A stretch of DNA of 59,449 nt, filler included. It is 3 parts of 3 records of this genome, joined end to end, with 100 filler letters (N's around TTAATTAATTAA, not from the genome) between each part and the next. Parts side by side here need not be neighbours in the genome. Positions count along the whole stretch, not along the records: positions 29,215 to 53,828 come from SRR20825006_2255; positions 53,929 to 59,449 come from SRR20825006_2263; 1 more part is not named here. One strand, 5' to 3'. Under the pieces are notes generated by a model. It was not told the origin of the DNA, ran no database searches, and saw only the letters and a program-made list of their open reading frames with translations. Position 1 is the first letter of the stretch. The number at the start of each line of letters is the position of its first letter. Shown piece after piece: positions 49,859-58,615 of this stretch. The position numbers and the translations under genes are program-made.

Positions 49859-50227
49859 ATGAAAAAATTACTTGGTTTTGTTTTAGGTGGAATTGTGCTA
49901 CTCGCAATACTCTATTATTCCTTTATTTATTTTGTACCCTATAGTGAAGGTACGCGTGCAGGCGAACTCATAAAATTCAGTAGAAAGGGTGTGCTTTCAA
50001 AAACTTGGGAAGGCCAGATCAGTCAAGGGATCAGCGGTGCACAGATCTTTGATTTTTCAGTGATGGATGGTGAAGAAGAAGTGATTCAGAAACTGAAAGA
50101 TTATCAAGGGAATTATGTTAAGCTTACTTATGTAGAGCGTTATGCGACCTTCATTTTTTGGGGAGATACCAAATACTTTGTTACCGACGTAACTAAAGAA
50201 AATTCGCCGCATTTTAACCGAAACTAA
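49859..50227 (+). CDS. Conserved membrane-anchored hypothetical protein
   Basis: N-terminal TM; YSEGTRAGELIKFSRKG..KTWEG..WGDTKYF. Confidence 0.8.
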   Translation: MKKLLGFVLGGIVLLAILYYSFIYFVPYSEGTRAGELIKFSRKGVLSKTWEGQISQGISGAQIFDFSVMDGEEEVIQKLKDYQGNYVKLTYVERYATFIFWGDTKYFVTDVTKENSPHFNRN

Positions 50228-50248
50228 AAAACTATAAAACTCATCGCA

Positions 50249-50794
50249 TTGGATCAATTTAAAACTATTGAAGCGTCGCAGGTTACGATTAGCGAACTCA
50301 TGTTGCCTTCGCATACCAATTTCAGCGGAAAGATTCACGGAGGCTATATTTTATCCTTAATGGATCAAATTGCGTTTGCATGCGCCTCTAAGCATTCTGG
50401 TAATTATTGTGTGACTGCGTCAGTAGATACCGTTGATTTTTTAAGACCTATTGAAGTTGGCGAACTCGTTGTGATGAAGGCATCAGTGAATTTTGTGGGA
50501 CGCACCTCTATGGTGGTTGGCATACGTGTAGAAGCCGAAGATATTCACAGCGGAACCATTAAACATTGCAATTCGAGTTATTTTACAATGGTCGCCAAAG
50601 ATGACTCCGGAAAAAGTGTACCTGTACCTGGGCTGATTTTAAAAACAGAAAAACAAGTAAGACGCTTTCTTAAAAGCCTGAACAGGCAGGAAATGAAAAA
50701 AAATCATCGCAATGAAACTTCTAAAAAAACCGAGTTGCGTATCGAAGATTTAGAAATTCTGCGTAATTCACATAAAGTGCAGCTAGAATATTAA
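50249..50794 (+). CDS. Acyl-CoA thioesterase (hotdog fold)
   Basis: MLPSHTN..GKIHGG..L..MD, VTASVD.VDFL.PI. Confidence 0.92.
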   Translation: MDQFKTIEASQVTISELMLPSHTNFSGKIHGGYILSLMDQIAFACASKHSGNYCVTASVDTVDFLRPIEVGELVVMKASVNFVGRTSMVVGIRVEAEDIHSGTIKHCNSSYFTMVAKDDSGKSVPVPGLILKTEKQVRRFLKSLNRQEMKKNHRNETSKKTELRIEDLEILRNSHKVQLEY

Positions 50795-50906
50795 ACGCAA
50801 AATATCTTAGAGCAAGCCCGTGAAACATTAATTGGAAACAAATTTTCTAATTAGAGGCATCCCGATCACTATCTAGACAGCGTATTTAAACCCTTGGGAG
50901 CAACAA

Positions 50907-50937
50907 TAAAAAAAGGAGCCATTAAGGCTCCTCTTTT
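50907..50937. terminator. Bidirectional terminator
   Basis: A-run, AGGAGCC-ATTAA-GGCTCCT, T-run. Confidence 0.8.
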
Positions 50938-50954
50938 CATCTAAATATAAATTC

Positions 50955-51548
50955 TTAATCTTTTATCAGTTTCTGCGTAAAAGAGCGTTCTCCGTTATCT
51001 ATTTGAACCAGATAAACGCCGCGCTTAAGTCGGCTCACATCCATTCCTCCTTGAATCATTCCGGAGTTTATAGCGTCTCGCTTTACCATTTTGCCAAGTA
51101 CATCGTAGAATGTAATTTCGACCGAATTTGACAAGTCAGGATTTTTAAAATAGATCCTATCCTTTACAGGATTTGGATAAATTTTAAAGCCATCTTTTGT
51201 CTGACTTAAGATCGAAGCATTATCAGTAACGCGAATGGTTCCTTTCAACTCCTTATTTATTCCACTCTGAAACGTGTAAATTCCTTTATCTGAAAAAATA
51301 TATTCATAAACCGAACCTTTGCCCAACAATTCACGCGTTCCAAAATCTGAAGAAGCCTTAAGAGATGTGTTCAATAAATTTTGAGGAATAGGCTCATCAA
51401 AAACCCATTTTACCTTATCTCCTACTTCAACCTCTAGTGTTGATTGCAACGCCTGAGAGCCAGAAGCCCACTGAATTACGTGAGTTTCCTGAGCACAAAT
51501 TGTGGTCCCAATTATGAATATAAAAATGTAAAACCAAGTAAATTTCAT
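50955..51548 (-). CDS. T9SS type A CTD protein with a cupredoxin-like N-terminal domain
   Basis: Signal peptide; VGDKVKW..Y.Y.F...G.Y....GTIRV; CTD KIYPNPV..YDVLGK..GVYLV..KLIK. Confidence 0.85.
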   Translation of the reverse strand: MKFTWFYIFIFIIGTTICAQETHVIQWASGSQALQSTLEVEVGDKVKWVFDEPIPQNLLNTSLKASSDFGTRELLGKGSVYEYIFSDKGIYTFQSGINKELKGTIRVTDNASILSQTKDGFKIYPNPVKDRIYFKNPDLSNSVEITFYDVLGKMVKRDAINSGMIQGGMDVSRLKRGVYLVQIDNGERSFTQKLIKD

Positions 51549-51673
51549 GCCATATCACTGTGTTTGAGGTCATTGTAAAAATATAACAACTCTCACATTA
51601 AAATGCTAAAAATATGTGATAATTATACTATTCTTTACTTAAAGACGTTCAACGCAGTTTAATGTTGCAAAAA

Positions 51674-53827
51674 TTATTTACTTAAATACATTTTTCTTCT
51701 AGCATATAGATCATAGAACTCATCGTCCTTCAAACTATCTATAAATAAGATACTTTCACCGGTACTCTTCATTTCTGGACCTAAAGCTTTATTCACATTA
51801 GGGAATTTATTGAAAGAGAAAACAGGCTGCTTGATCGCGTATCCATTTAATTTTGGTTTGAAATCAAAGTCAGTAACCTTTTTCTCGCCCAGCATTACTT
51901 TAGTCGCGTAATTTACATAAGGTTCGCCGTATGCTTTTGCGATAAACGGAACGGTACGAGATGCTCTAGGGTTAGCTTCGATGATATATACTTTATCATC
52001 TTTTATTGCAAACTGAATATTGATAAGACCAACGGTATTAAGCGCTAAAGCGATTTTATGCGTGTGATCTTTGATCTGCTGAATCACTAAGTCTCCAAGG
52101 TTAAAAGGAGGCAATGTAGCATTTGAATCTCCAGAGTGAATTCCACAAGGTTCAATATGCTCCATAATACCAATGATATACACATTTTCACCATCGCAGA
52201 TCGCATCTGCTTCAGCCTCAATTGCTCCATCAAGATAATGGTCAAGTAAGAGTTTGTTATTAGGTATCTTACGTAAAAGATCAACAACCGTTTCTTCTAG
52301 TTCGTCCTTATTGATCACGATCTTCATACCTTGTCCACCCAATACATACGATGGGCGTACCAAAATTGGGAAATCTAACCTATCGGCGACAGCAAGTGCT
52401 TCTTCAGCAGTCTCAGCAGTATCAAACTCTGGATAAGGAATGTTGTTCTCTTTTAGCAATCTAGAAAAGCTTCCTCGATCTTCAGCTAAGTCTAAAGCCT
52501 GGTAGCTCGTTCCGATGATCTTAATTCCGTAGCGATCTAACTTTTCAGCGAGTTTAAGAGCAGTCTGCCCACCCAACTGCACGATTACACCTTCAGGCTT
52601 TTCGTGACGAATAATGTCATAAATATGCTCCCAAAATACCGGCTCAAAGTAAAGCTTATCTGCAGTATCAAAATCAGTTGAAACAGTTTCCGGATTACAG
52701 TTGATCATAATGGTCTCGTAACCACATTCAGCGGCAGCTAAAACCCCGTGAACACAGCAGTAATCAAATTCGATTCCTTGACCTATTCGGTTAGGCCCCG
52801 AACCTAGAACCACTACTTTTTTCTTATCTGAAACTTTGCTTTCATTCTGAGAAAAACGCTCTCCTGAAGCAAGCTCCATATCACTTTCAAAAGTTGAATA
52901 GAAATAAGGCGTTTGCGCCACAAATTCTGCCGCACAAGTGTCTACCAACTTGTAAACTCTATTGATCTTGAGTTCGTCTCTCTTATTATAAACATCGCTC
53001 TCTAGACAATCCAGCATATGTGCGATTTGACGATCTGCAAAACCTTTTTGTTTTGCCTCAAGTAATAAATCTCTAGAAAGTGTGTCTATTTTATATTTTG
53101 AAATCTCTTTTTCAAGCGCATCTAGTTCTTCAAATTGCTTCAAGAACCACATATCAATTTTGGTGATCTCGTGGATACGGCTTAGCGGGATACCCATTTG
53201 TATCGCGTCATAAATGGTAAATACACGATCCCAACTTGCATTAGTAAGCTTTTCAATGATCTTATCGTAATTGGTATAACCCTTACCATCTGCTCCTAGA
53301 CCGTTACGTTTAATTTCAAGAGATTGTGTTGCCTTGTGAAGTGCTTCTTGAAAAGAACGACCAATACCCATTACTTCTCCCACAGACTTCATCTGAAGAC
53401 CTAAAGTACGGTCGCTACCTTCAAACTTGTCAAAATTCCATCGTGGGATTTTAACGATCACGTAATCTAAGGTTGGCTCAAATAAAGCCGAAGTAGATTT
53501 GGTAATTTGATTATCTAACTCATCTAAAGTATAGCCAATAGCCAGTTTAGAAGCGATTTTTGCAATAGGATAACCGGTTGCTTTAGACGCCAACGCAGAA
53601 GAACGTGAAACTCGTGGATTGATCTCAATCGCGATAATATCTTCTTTCTCATCTGGGCTTACCGCAAACTGCACATTACATCCACCTGCAAAATCTCCAA
53701 TAGATCGCATCATGTGGATTGCCATATCACGCATTCTTTGGAAGGTACTATCACTAAGTGTCATAGCCGGAGCCACAGTAATTGAGTCACCGGTGTGAAT
53801 ACCCATTGGGTCCATATTTTCAATGGT
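51674..53827 (-). CDS. carB: Carbamoyl-phosphate synthase large subunit, 5'-truncated
   Basis: GIHTGDS, EINPRVSRSSALASKATGYPIA, GSGPNRIGQGIEFDY, RPSYVLGG, EMKSTGE. Confidence 0.98.
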   Translation of the reverse strand, partial: TIENMDPMGIHTGDSITVAPAMTLSDSTFQRMRDMAIHMMRSIGDFAGGCNVQFAVSPDEKEDIIAIEINPRVSRSSALASKATGYPIAKIASKLAIGYTLDELDNQITKSTSALFEPTLDYVIVKIPRWNFDKFEGSDRTLGLQMKSVGEVMGIGRSFQEALHKATQSLEIKRNGLGADGKGYTNYDKIIEKLTNASWDRVFTIYDAIQMGIPLSRIHEITKIDMWFLKQFEELDALEKEISKYKIDTLSRDLLLEAKQKGFADRQIAHMLDCLESDVYNKRDELKINRVYKLVDTCAAEFVAQTPYFYSTFESDMELASGERFSQNESKVSDKKKVVVLGSGPNRIGQGIEFDYCCVHGVLAAAECGYETIMINCNPETVSTDFDTADKLYFEPVFWEHIYDIIRHEKPEGVIVQLGGQTALKLAEKLDRYGIKIIGTSYQALDLAEDRGSFSRLLKENNIPYPEFDTAETAEEALAVADRLDFPILVRPSYVLGGQGMKIVINKDELEETVVDLLRKIPNNKLLLDHYLDGAIEAEADAICDGENVYIIGIMEHIEPCGIHSGDSNATLPPFNLGDLVIQQIKDHTHKIALALNTVGLINIQFAIKDDKVYIIEANPRASRTVPFIAKAYGEPYVNYATKVMLGEKKVTDFDFKPKLNGYAIKQPVFSFNKFPNVNKALGPEMKSTGESILFIDSLKDDEFYDLYARRKMYLSK

Positions 53828-53828
53828 A

Positions 53829-53928
53829 NNNNNNNNNNNNNNNNNNNNNNNNNNNNNNNNNNNNNNNNNNNNTTAATTAATTAANNNNNNNNNNNNNNNN
53901 NNNNNNNNNNNNNNNNNNNNNNNNNNNN
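53829..53928. other. Artificial contig spacer
   Basis: 44 N + TTAATTAATTAA + 44 N. Confidence 0.99.
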
Positions 53929-53930
53929 AT

Positions 53931-54056
53931 TTTGAAAATGTTAGTAAAAAAGCAAGCTTTATTACACCTGTTCCTGGTGGTGTAGGACCAATGACGATTG
54001 CTATGTTGTTGAAAAACACTCTTTTAGCAAGAGAGCGTCACAGAGGCCTTGTATAG
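53931..54056 (+). CDS. folD: Methylene-THF dehydrogenase/cyclohydrolase, C-terminal fragment (not in ORF track)
   Basis: Manual translation [41 protein letters not shown]. Confidence 0.95.
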   Translation, partial: FENVSKKASFITPVPGGVGPMTIAMLLKNTLLARERHRGLV

Positions 54057-54137
54057 GGCTATAATTTCTGCATTTAGAAGATAATTACTTATAAATCAAC
54101 TATATTAGCGATGATGTTAAGCATTACCTTAATTTAG

Positions 54138-57100
54138 TTGAAGTTTCCTTACAGCATATTTAAAATAATTGTAGTTGGCCTTTGTGTTTTTATGCATTGC
54201 CAAACAGGAGTCTCTCAAATATTAAGTGATACCTTAATGGTTAATCACTTAGGTCAAGATAAAGGCTTGGTGCAATTAAATGCTAATGCACTTACTCAAG
54301 ATGAAAACGGATTTTTATGGGTAGGAACAGAAGATGGTCTTCATAGATTTAATGGTTATGAATTTAAACTGTTCACTGCAAACCCTAATGATTCTAACTC
54401 AATTCAAGACGATCACATAAGAGGTTTATACGCAAAAGGTGATACGCTTTGGATAGCCTCTAACACCAAAGGTATTTTGGGATACCAACTCTCAAAAAAT
54501 AAATTCTTTGCTTTAAAGAAAAATAACAAAAACCTTAACCTAGGTATAAGCTATGGTATCTTTCCGTTAAATAAAGACTTCTTACTGTTTTCATTTAAAA
54601 ATTATGCAACTGTTTACAATACTAAAACTAAACGCGAGGTAATAGTAAAGCTGCCAACTAACTCCCGAGAAAGTCGAGTACTAGATGTAGATGCTATTAA
54701 TGAGACAGAGTACATATTTACGACATCGGCTTCTGGTCCATTAGTGTTTAATATAAAAACAGGTATAGTTAAACCATTTAAAATTGAGGGTTTAGAACTT
54801 ATCACTCAAATTGAAGCTTTGGCAGATGGTTTTTTAATTGGTACCATAACGGGAATTTATACAGTAGACAAGCAATTTAAATCACTAAAGAAATATGTAG
54901 ATGGTGTTTCTGTAAACCATATCTCGAAAAAATCTGAAGGCACATTTTTTATTGCAACTCAAGTTAAGTTGTTAGAGTTCAATGTAGGTGATGGCGTAAC
55001 TTCCTATATCGTAAAAGACACTTCAAAAAAGATTTATAAGCCTTTTACAGCCAATGAGATTGTTTCAGATAAAAATGGAAATACTTGGTTTGGTACAGAA
55101 GGAGATGGTGTAGTACATTATAATAGTTTTCAGAAAAAATTTGAAACCAATAGAGTTCGTTTAAATGATGTATTAAAGTCTACTAACATTAATATTTTTC
55201 CTTTCTATAAGGATACAGATTCATTATTATGGTTGGGAAGCTCATTTGGAGTTGTAAAACATAATACCTACAAGAACACTTATAAATTATATAAACATAA
55301 AAATGCAAACATAATTTATGCGTTTGCCAGAGATGAAAATAATACACTTTGGGCTGGAGGTATTTTTGATGGACTTTTAAAGTACATACCTTCAGAAGAT
55401 AGGTTTAAGCAGTATTTAAAACATCCTTATAAAGAAAACACGTTGCCCGATAATGAGGTATTAGAAATAATACCAATGCCGGATAACAAGTTATGGCTAT
55501 GTACCTGGACTGGCGGAATTTCTGAATTTAATACGGAGACAGAAACATTTACACCTATATTAATAAATGGTAAGCGAATAAACAGAGCAAGAATTTCACT
55601 TAAAGATAGTAAAGGTAATTTATGGTTAGGTACAGATGAAGGTCTTTATAAATTAAATAGTAGCTTAGAGTTTGAGCATCATTTTACCGAAACTGCTGCT
55701 AAGGAAAAGAGCTTGACTAGTAATAGGATTTTTGCAATTAATGAAGATAATAACGGTTTTATTTGGATAGGTACCAGTTCTGGAATCACTAAGTTAAACA
55801 CAAGCACCTTACAGACAGAAAAGTTTATAAAGCAAAAAGGGTTTCCTAATGATTTTGTTTATAGCTTGTTAATCGATGAGGCTAATAATGTTTGGGTTTC
55901 TACTAATAAGGGAATATCAGTTTTAAATTCCAAAACTAAAGAGTTTAAAAACTATACGAGTGAAGATGGTTTGCAAAATAATGAGTTTAATGGGAAGTCT
56001 GGCTATAAGGATAAAGACGGCTATTTTTACTTTGGAGGTATAGATGGTTTTAATAAGTTTCAGCCATCTCAAATTAAGGATTACCCATACCAACCTAAAG
56101 TATATTTTGAATCTGTCGAGTTATTTAACACTCCAATAGAATCTACTCTGAGAACTAATGACACCTTATATTTTAAAAGTGATGAAAATGTAATCACACT
56201 TAATTTTTCATCATTAAGTTATTTAAACCCAGAAAAAACATTTTACAGGTACAAGCTTGATAATTTTGATGAAAATTGGAGTCCGTCTACGCAACGTCAA
56301 AACGCTACGTATACAAACTTAAATCCTGGAGAGTATACATTTTATGTGTCTGCTTCACAAATGACAGGGCAATGGAGCGATCCTAAGGTGTTAAACATAG
56401 TTGTTAAGCCATTATGGTACCAAACTATAGTTTTTAAAATACTGCTTGTCTTATGCATTTTTGCAATGGGTGTGTATATAGTATTAAGAGAAACTAATGC
56501 TTTAAAGAGAGATAAGGAAAAACTTTCTAGGTTGGTAGATCAGCGCACTCAAGACTTATTGCTTAAAAATAAAGCTTTAGAAAAAGCCAATAAAAAAACC
56601 TCTCAACAAAAGGATAATATTAGCTTTCTTATGAAGGAGCTAAATCATAGAGTAAAAAACAATCTTCAGATAATTTCCAGTTTGTTAAATATACAATCTG
56701 CCACGGTTGATAGTCAGGCAAAGGATAGTTTGTTAATAGCCAAAAATAGAATTTTAGCTATTGCTTATATTCAGAATGAAATTCAAATAGACCAGAAAAA
56801 GATAAACGTTAAAAAGTTTATTGAAGAGTTTGTGCCAAGAATACTTCAGCTTTTAGCAGATGACGGTTTGATGAAGTTCGAAATAATTTATAACTTAAAG
56901 CGAACAGGATTTTGTGAAGTTAATACCACCTTATTGGGGTTAATACTCAACGAGCTGGTTACAAATACCTTTAAATATGCCTTTAAAACATATAATAAGG
57001 ATAACTACTTGAAAATTTCTTGTGAAAAAATAAACCATACATTACTCATTACACTAGAAGATAATGGTTGCGGATATACCTTAGATGAAATTAAATCGAG

Positions 57101-57209
57101 CTCTTTGGGCGTAGGATTGGTTTCAGATATGGTATCGCAATTGGATGGAGCCCTAGAAACCAATACCGATAACGGTGTTGTAAATAGCATTAAAATAGAT
57201 TGTAAATAA
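54138..57209 (+). CDS. Sensor histidine kinase (Reg_prop beta-propellers, Y_Y_Y, TM, HisKA_2, HATPase)
   Basis: Repeated D..G.LW.GT..G; YTNLNPGEYTF; PLWYQT + TM; ELNHRVKNNLQIISSLL; NELVTN; DNGCG. Confidence 0.93.
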   Translation: MKFPYSIFKIIVVGLCVFMHCQTGVSQILSDTLMVNHLGQDKGLVQLNANALTQDENGFLWVGTEDGLHRFNGYEFKLFTANPNDSNSIQDDHIRGLYAKGDTLWIASNTKGILGYQLSKNKFFALKKNNKNLNLGISYGIFPLNKDFLLFSFKNYATVYNTKTKREVIVKLPTNSRESRVLDVDAINETEYIFTTSASGPLVFNIKTGIVKPFKIEGLELITQIEALADGFLIGTITGIYTVDKQFKSLKKYVDGVSVNHISKKSEGTFFIATQVKLLEFNVGDGVTSYIVKDTSKKIYKPFTANEIVSDKNGNTWFGTEGDGVVHYNSFQKKFETNRVRLNDVLKSTNINIFPFYKDTDSLLWLGSSFGVVKHNTYKNTYKLYKHKNANIIYAFARDENNTLWAGGIFDGLLKYIPSEDRFKQYLKHPYKENTLPDNEVLEIIPMPDNKLWLCTWTGGISEFNTETETFTPILINGKRINRARISLKDSKGNLWLGTDEGLYKLNSSLEFEHHFTETAAKEKSLTSNRIFAINEDNNGFIWIGTSSGITKLNTSTLQTEKFIKQKGFPNDFVYSLLIDEANNVWVSTNKGISVLNSKTKEFKNYTSEDGLQNNEFNGKSGYKDKDGYFYFGGIDGFNKFQPSQIKDYPYQPKVYFESVELFNTPIESTLRTNDTLYFKSDENVITLNFSSLSYLNPEKTFYRYKLDNFDENWSPSTQRQNATYTNLNPGEYTFYVSASQMTGQWSDPKVLNIVVKPLWYQTIVFKILLVLCIFAMGVYIVLRETNALKRDKEKLSRLVDQRTQDLLLKNKALEKANKKTSQQKDNISFLMKELNHRVKNNLQIISSLLNIQSATVDSQAKDSLLIAKNRILAIAYIQNEIQIDQKKINVKKFIEEFVPRILQLLADDGLMKFEIIYNLKRTGFCEVNTTLLGLILNELVTNTFKYAFKTYNKDNYLKISCEKINHTLLITLEDNGCGYTLDEIKSSSLGVGLVSDMVSQLDGALETNTDNGVVNSIKIDCK

Positions 57210-57832
57210 TGGAAAACATTAAAAGAATTCTTCTGGTTGAAGATGAGTTTATTATAGCAAAAGATATTAAGATAACCTTAGAGAAGTACGCCAAGATTAA
57301 AGTAGATACTGCTAAGAATTTTAAGCAAGCCTATGAGTTGTTCTCTGTCAACGACTATCAACTTTTACTTACAGATATAAACTTGAATGAGGAAAAAGAT
57401 GGAATAGATGTAGCGTCACAACTAAAAGAAATAAAAAGCATTCCTGTGGTGTTCCTAACAGCATATAGCGATCAGGACATTATAAATAAAGCAAAAAAAG
57501 TACTGCCATTCGCATACCTTCTTAAACCGTTTGATGAGGTACAGCTAAAAGTAACCATAGATCTTGCTATGCTCAATTACAAGAAAGAAGTCGAAGGTAT
57601 TGAGGAAGTGGCTCGTTATTCAGAACAAATAGAGGAGCTTACCAAGCGAGAAAAACAAGTGCTAATTGTATTGGCATCTGGGAAAACTGCAAAAGAAACA
57701 GGAGATAATCTAAATATCTCTGCTCATACAGTTGAGGTTCATAAAAAGAATATTAAAAAGAAACTACATATGAATACAATGTCTGAACTTATAAATTTTG
57801 CATTGTCTTCTAAATTATATGAAGTTTCATAA
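57209..57832 (+). CDS. Response regulator with LuxR-type HTH
   Basis: LVEDE, TDINL, FLTA, LKPF; LTKREKQVL..G.T.KE...L.IS.HTV..HKKNI..KL; TAATG coupling. Confidence 0.93.
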   Translation: MENIKRILLVEDEFIIAKDIKITLEKYAKIKVDTAKNFKQAYELFSVNDYQLLLTDINLNEEKDGIDVASQLKEIKSIPVVFLTAYSDQDIINKAKKVLPFAYLLKPFDEVQLKVTIDLAMLNYKKEVEGIEEVARYSEQIEELTKREKQVLIVLASGKTAKETGDNLNISAHTVEVHKKNIKKKLHMNTMSELINFALSSKLYEVS

Positions 57833-57927
57833 CTAAAACATCTCAATACACTTGCCATACTGCAACTTAGATATTATTTAACCTAATAATAAAGTGTAAG
57901 TATGATTTTACTTCTGAAACAAATGCG

Positions 57928-57935
57928 TATTTTTG
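57928..57935 (+). promoter_or_regulatory. Candidate -7 element for ppa
   Basis: TATTTTTG followed by CA. Confidence 0.6.
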
Positions 57936-57972
57936 CACCCCCAAAAATGACGAAGTTTATAAACAAAACATA

Positions 57973-58500
57973 ATGACAGCAAGTAAGATTAAAACTTTCG
58001 ATGTGCTTATCGAAATTCCAAAAGGAAGCAGAAACAAATATGAATACGATTTTCAATTAAAGAAAATTCGTTACGATCGTATGATATTTTCATCTATGAT
58101 GTATCCTGCAGATTACGGTTTTATGCCAGAAACATTAGCATTAGATGGAGATCCTTTAGATGTATTGGTGCTTGTAACAGAGCCAACATTTCCTGGTTGT
58201 GTTATAGAGGTTAAGCCAATTGGAGTTTTTCATATGGCAGATGAAAAAGGACCAGATGAGAAAGTTATCTGTGTTCCAATAAGTGATCCTATTGCAAACA
58301 ATGTAAATGATCTAAATGAACTTAATCCTCATTTAATAAAGGAGATTGAGCATTTTTTCCAAGTATATAAAGATTTAGAAGAGAAGAAAGTAGATGTTGG
58401 TGGTTGGGGAGACGTTAATGAAGCAAAAGAAATTGTTTCTAAATGTATCATAAGATATCAAGAAAGTGATATTCCTGCAGAGGAAGTTAGTATAAAATAA
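57973..58500 (+). CDS. ppa: Soluble family I inorganic pyrophosphatase
   Basis: IEIPKGSRNKYEYD, YPADYGF, DGDPLDVLV, DEK, FFQVYKDLE. Confidence 0.97.
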   Translation: MTASKIKTFDVLIEIPKGSRNKYEYDFQLKKIRYDRMIFSSMMYPADYGFMPETLALDGDPLDVLVLVTEPTFPGCVIEVKPIGVFHMADEKGPDEKVICVPISDPIANNVNDLNELNPHLIKEIEHFFQVYKDLEEKKVDVGGWGDVNEAKEIVSKCIIRYQESDIPAEEVSIK

Positions 58501-58521
58501 ATAATTCATTTATTACCGGTT

Positions 58522-58560
58522 AAAAAAAGCAATAATTCTCAAAAAATTATTGCTTTTTTT
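58522..58560 (+). terminator. Terminator after ppa
   Basis: AAAAAAAGCAATAATT-loop-AATTATTGCTTTTTTT. Confidence 0.85.
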
Positions 58561-58576
58561 ATTTATGTCATTGTCT

Positions 58577-58584
58577 TACATTTG
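58577..58584 (+). promoter_or_regulatory. Candidate -7 element for the membrane PPase
   Basis: TACATTTG. Confidence 0.5.
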
Positions 58585-58615
58585 ATTTTCTTAAAAATAA
58601 CTAATCAAATATATT

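Noticed and set aside
54230-56060. Repetitive pattern as a repeat array or CRISPR
   Set aside because: Protein-level beta-propeller repeats; no identical DNA repeats with spacers were noticed anywhere in the window
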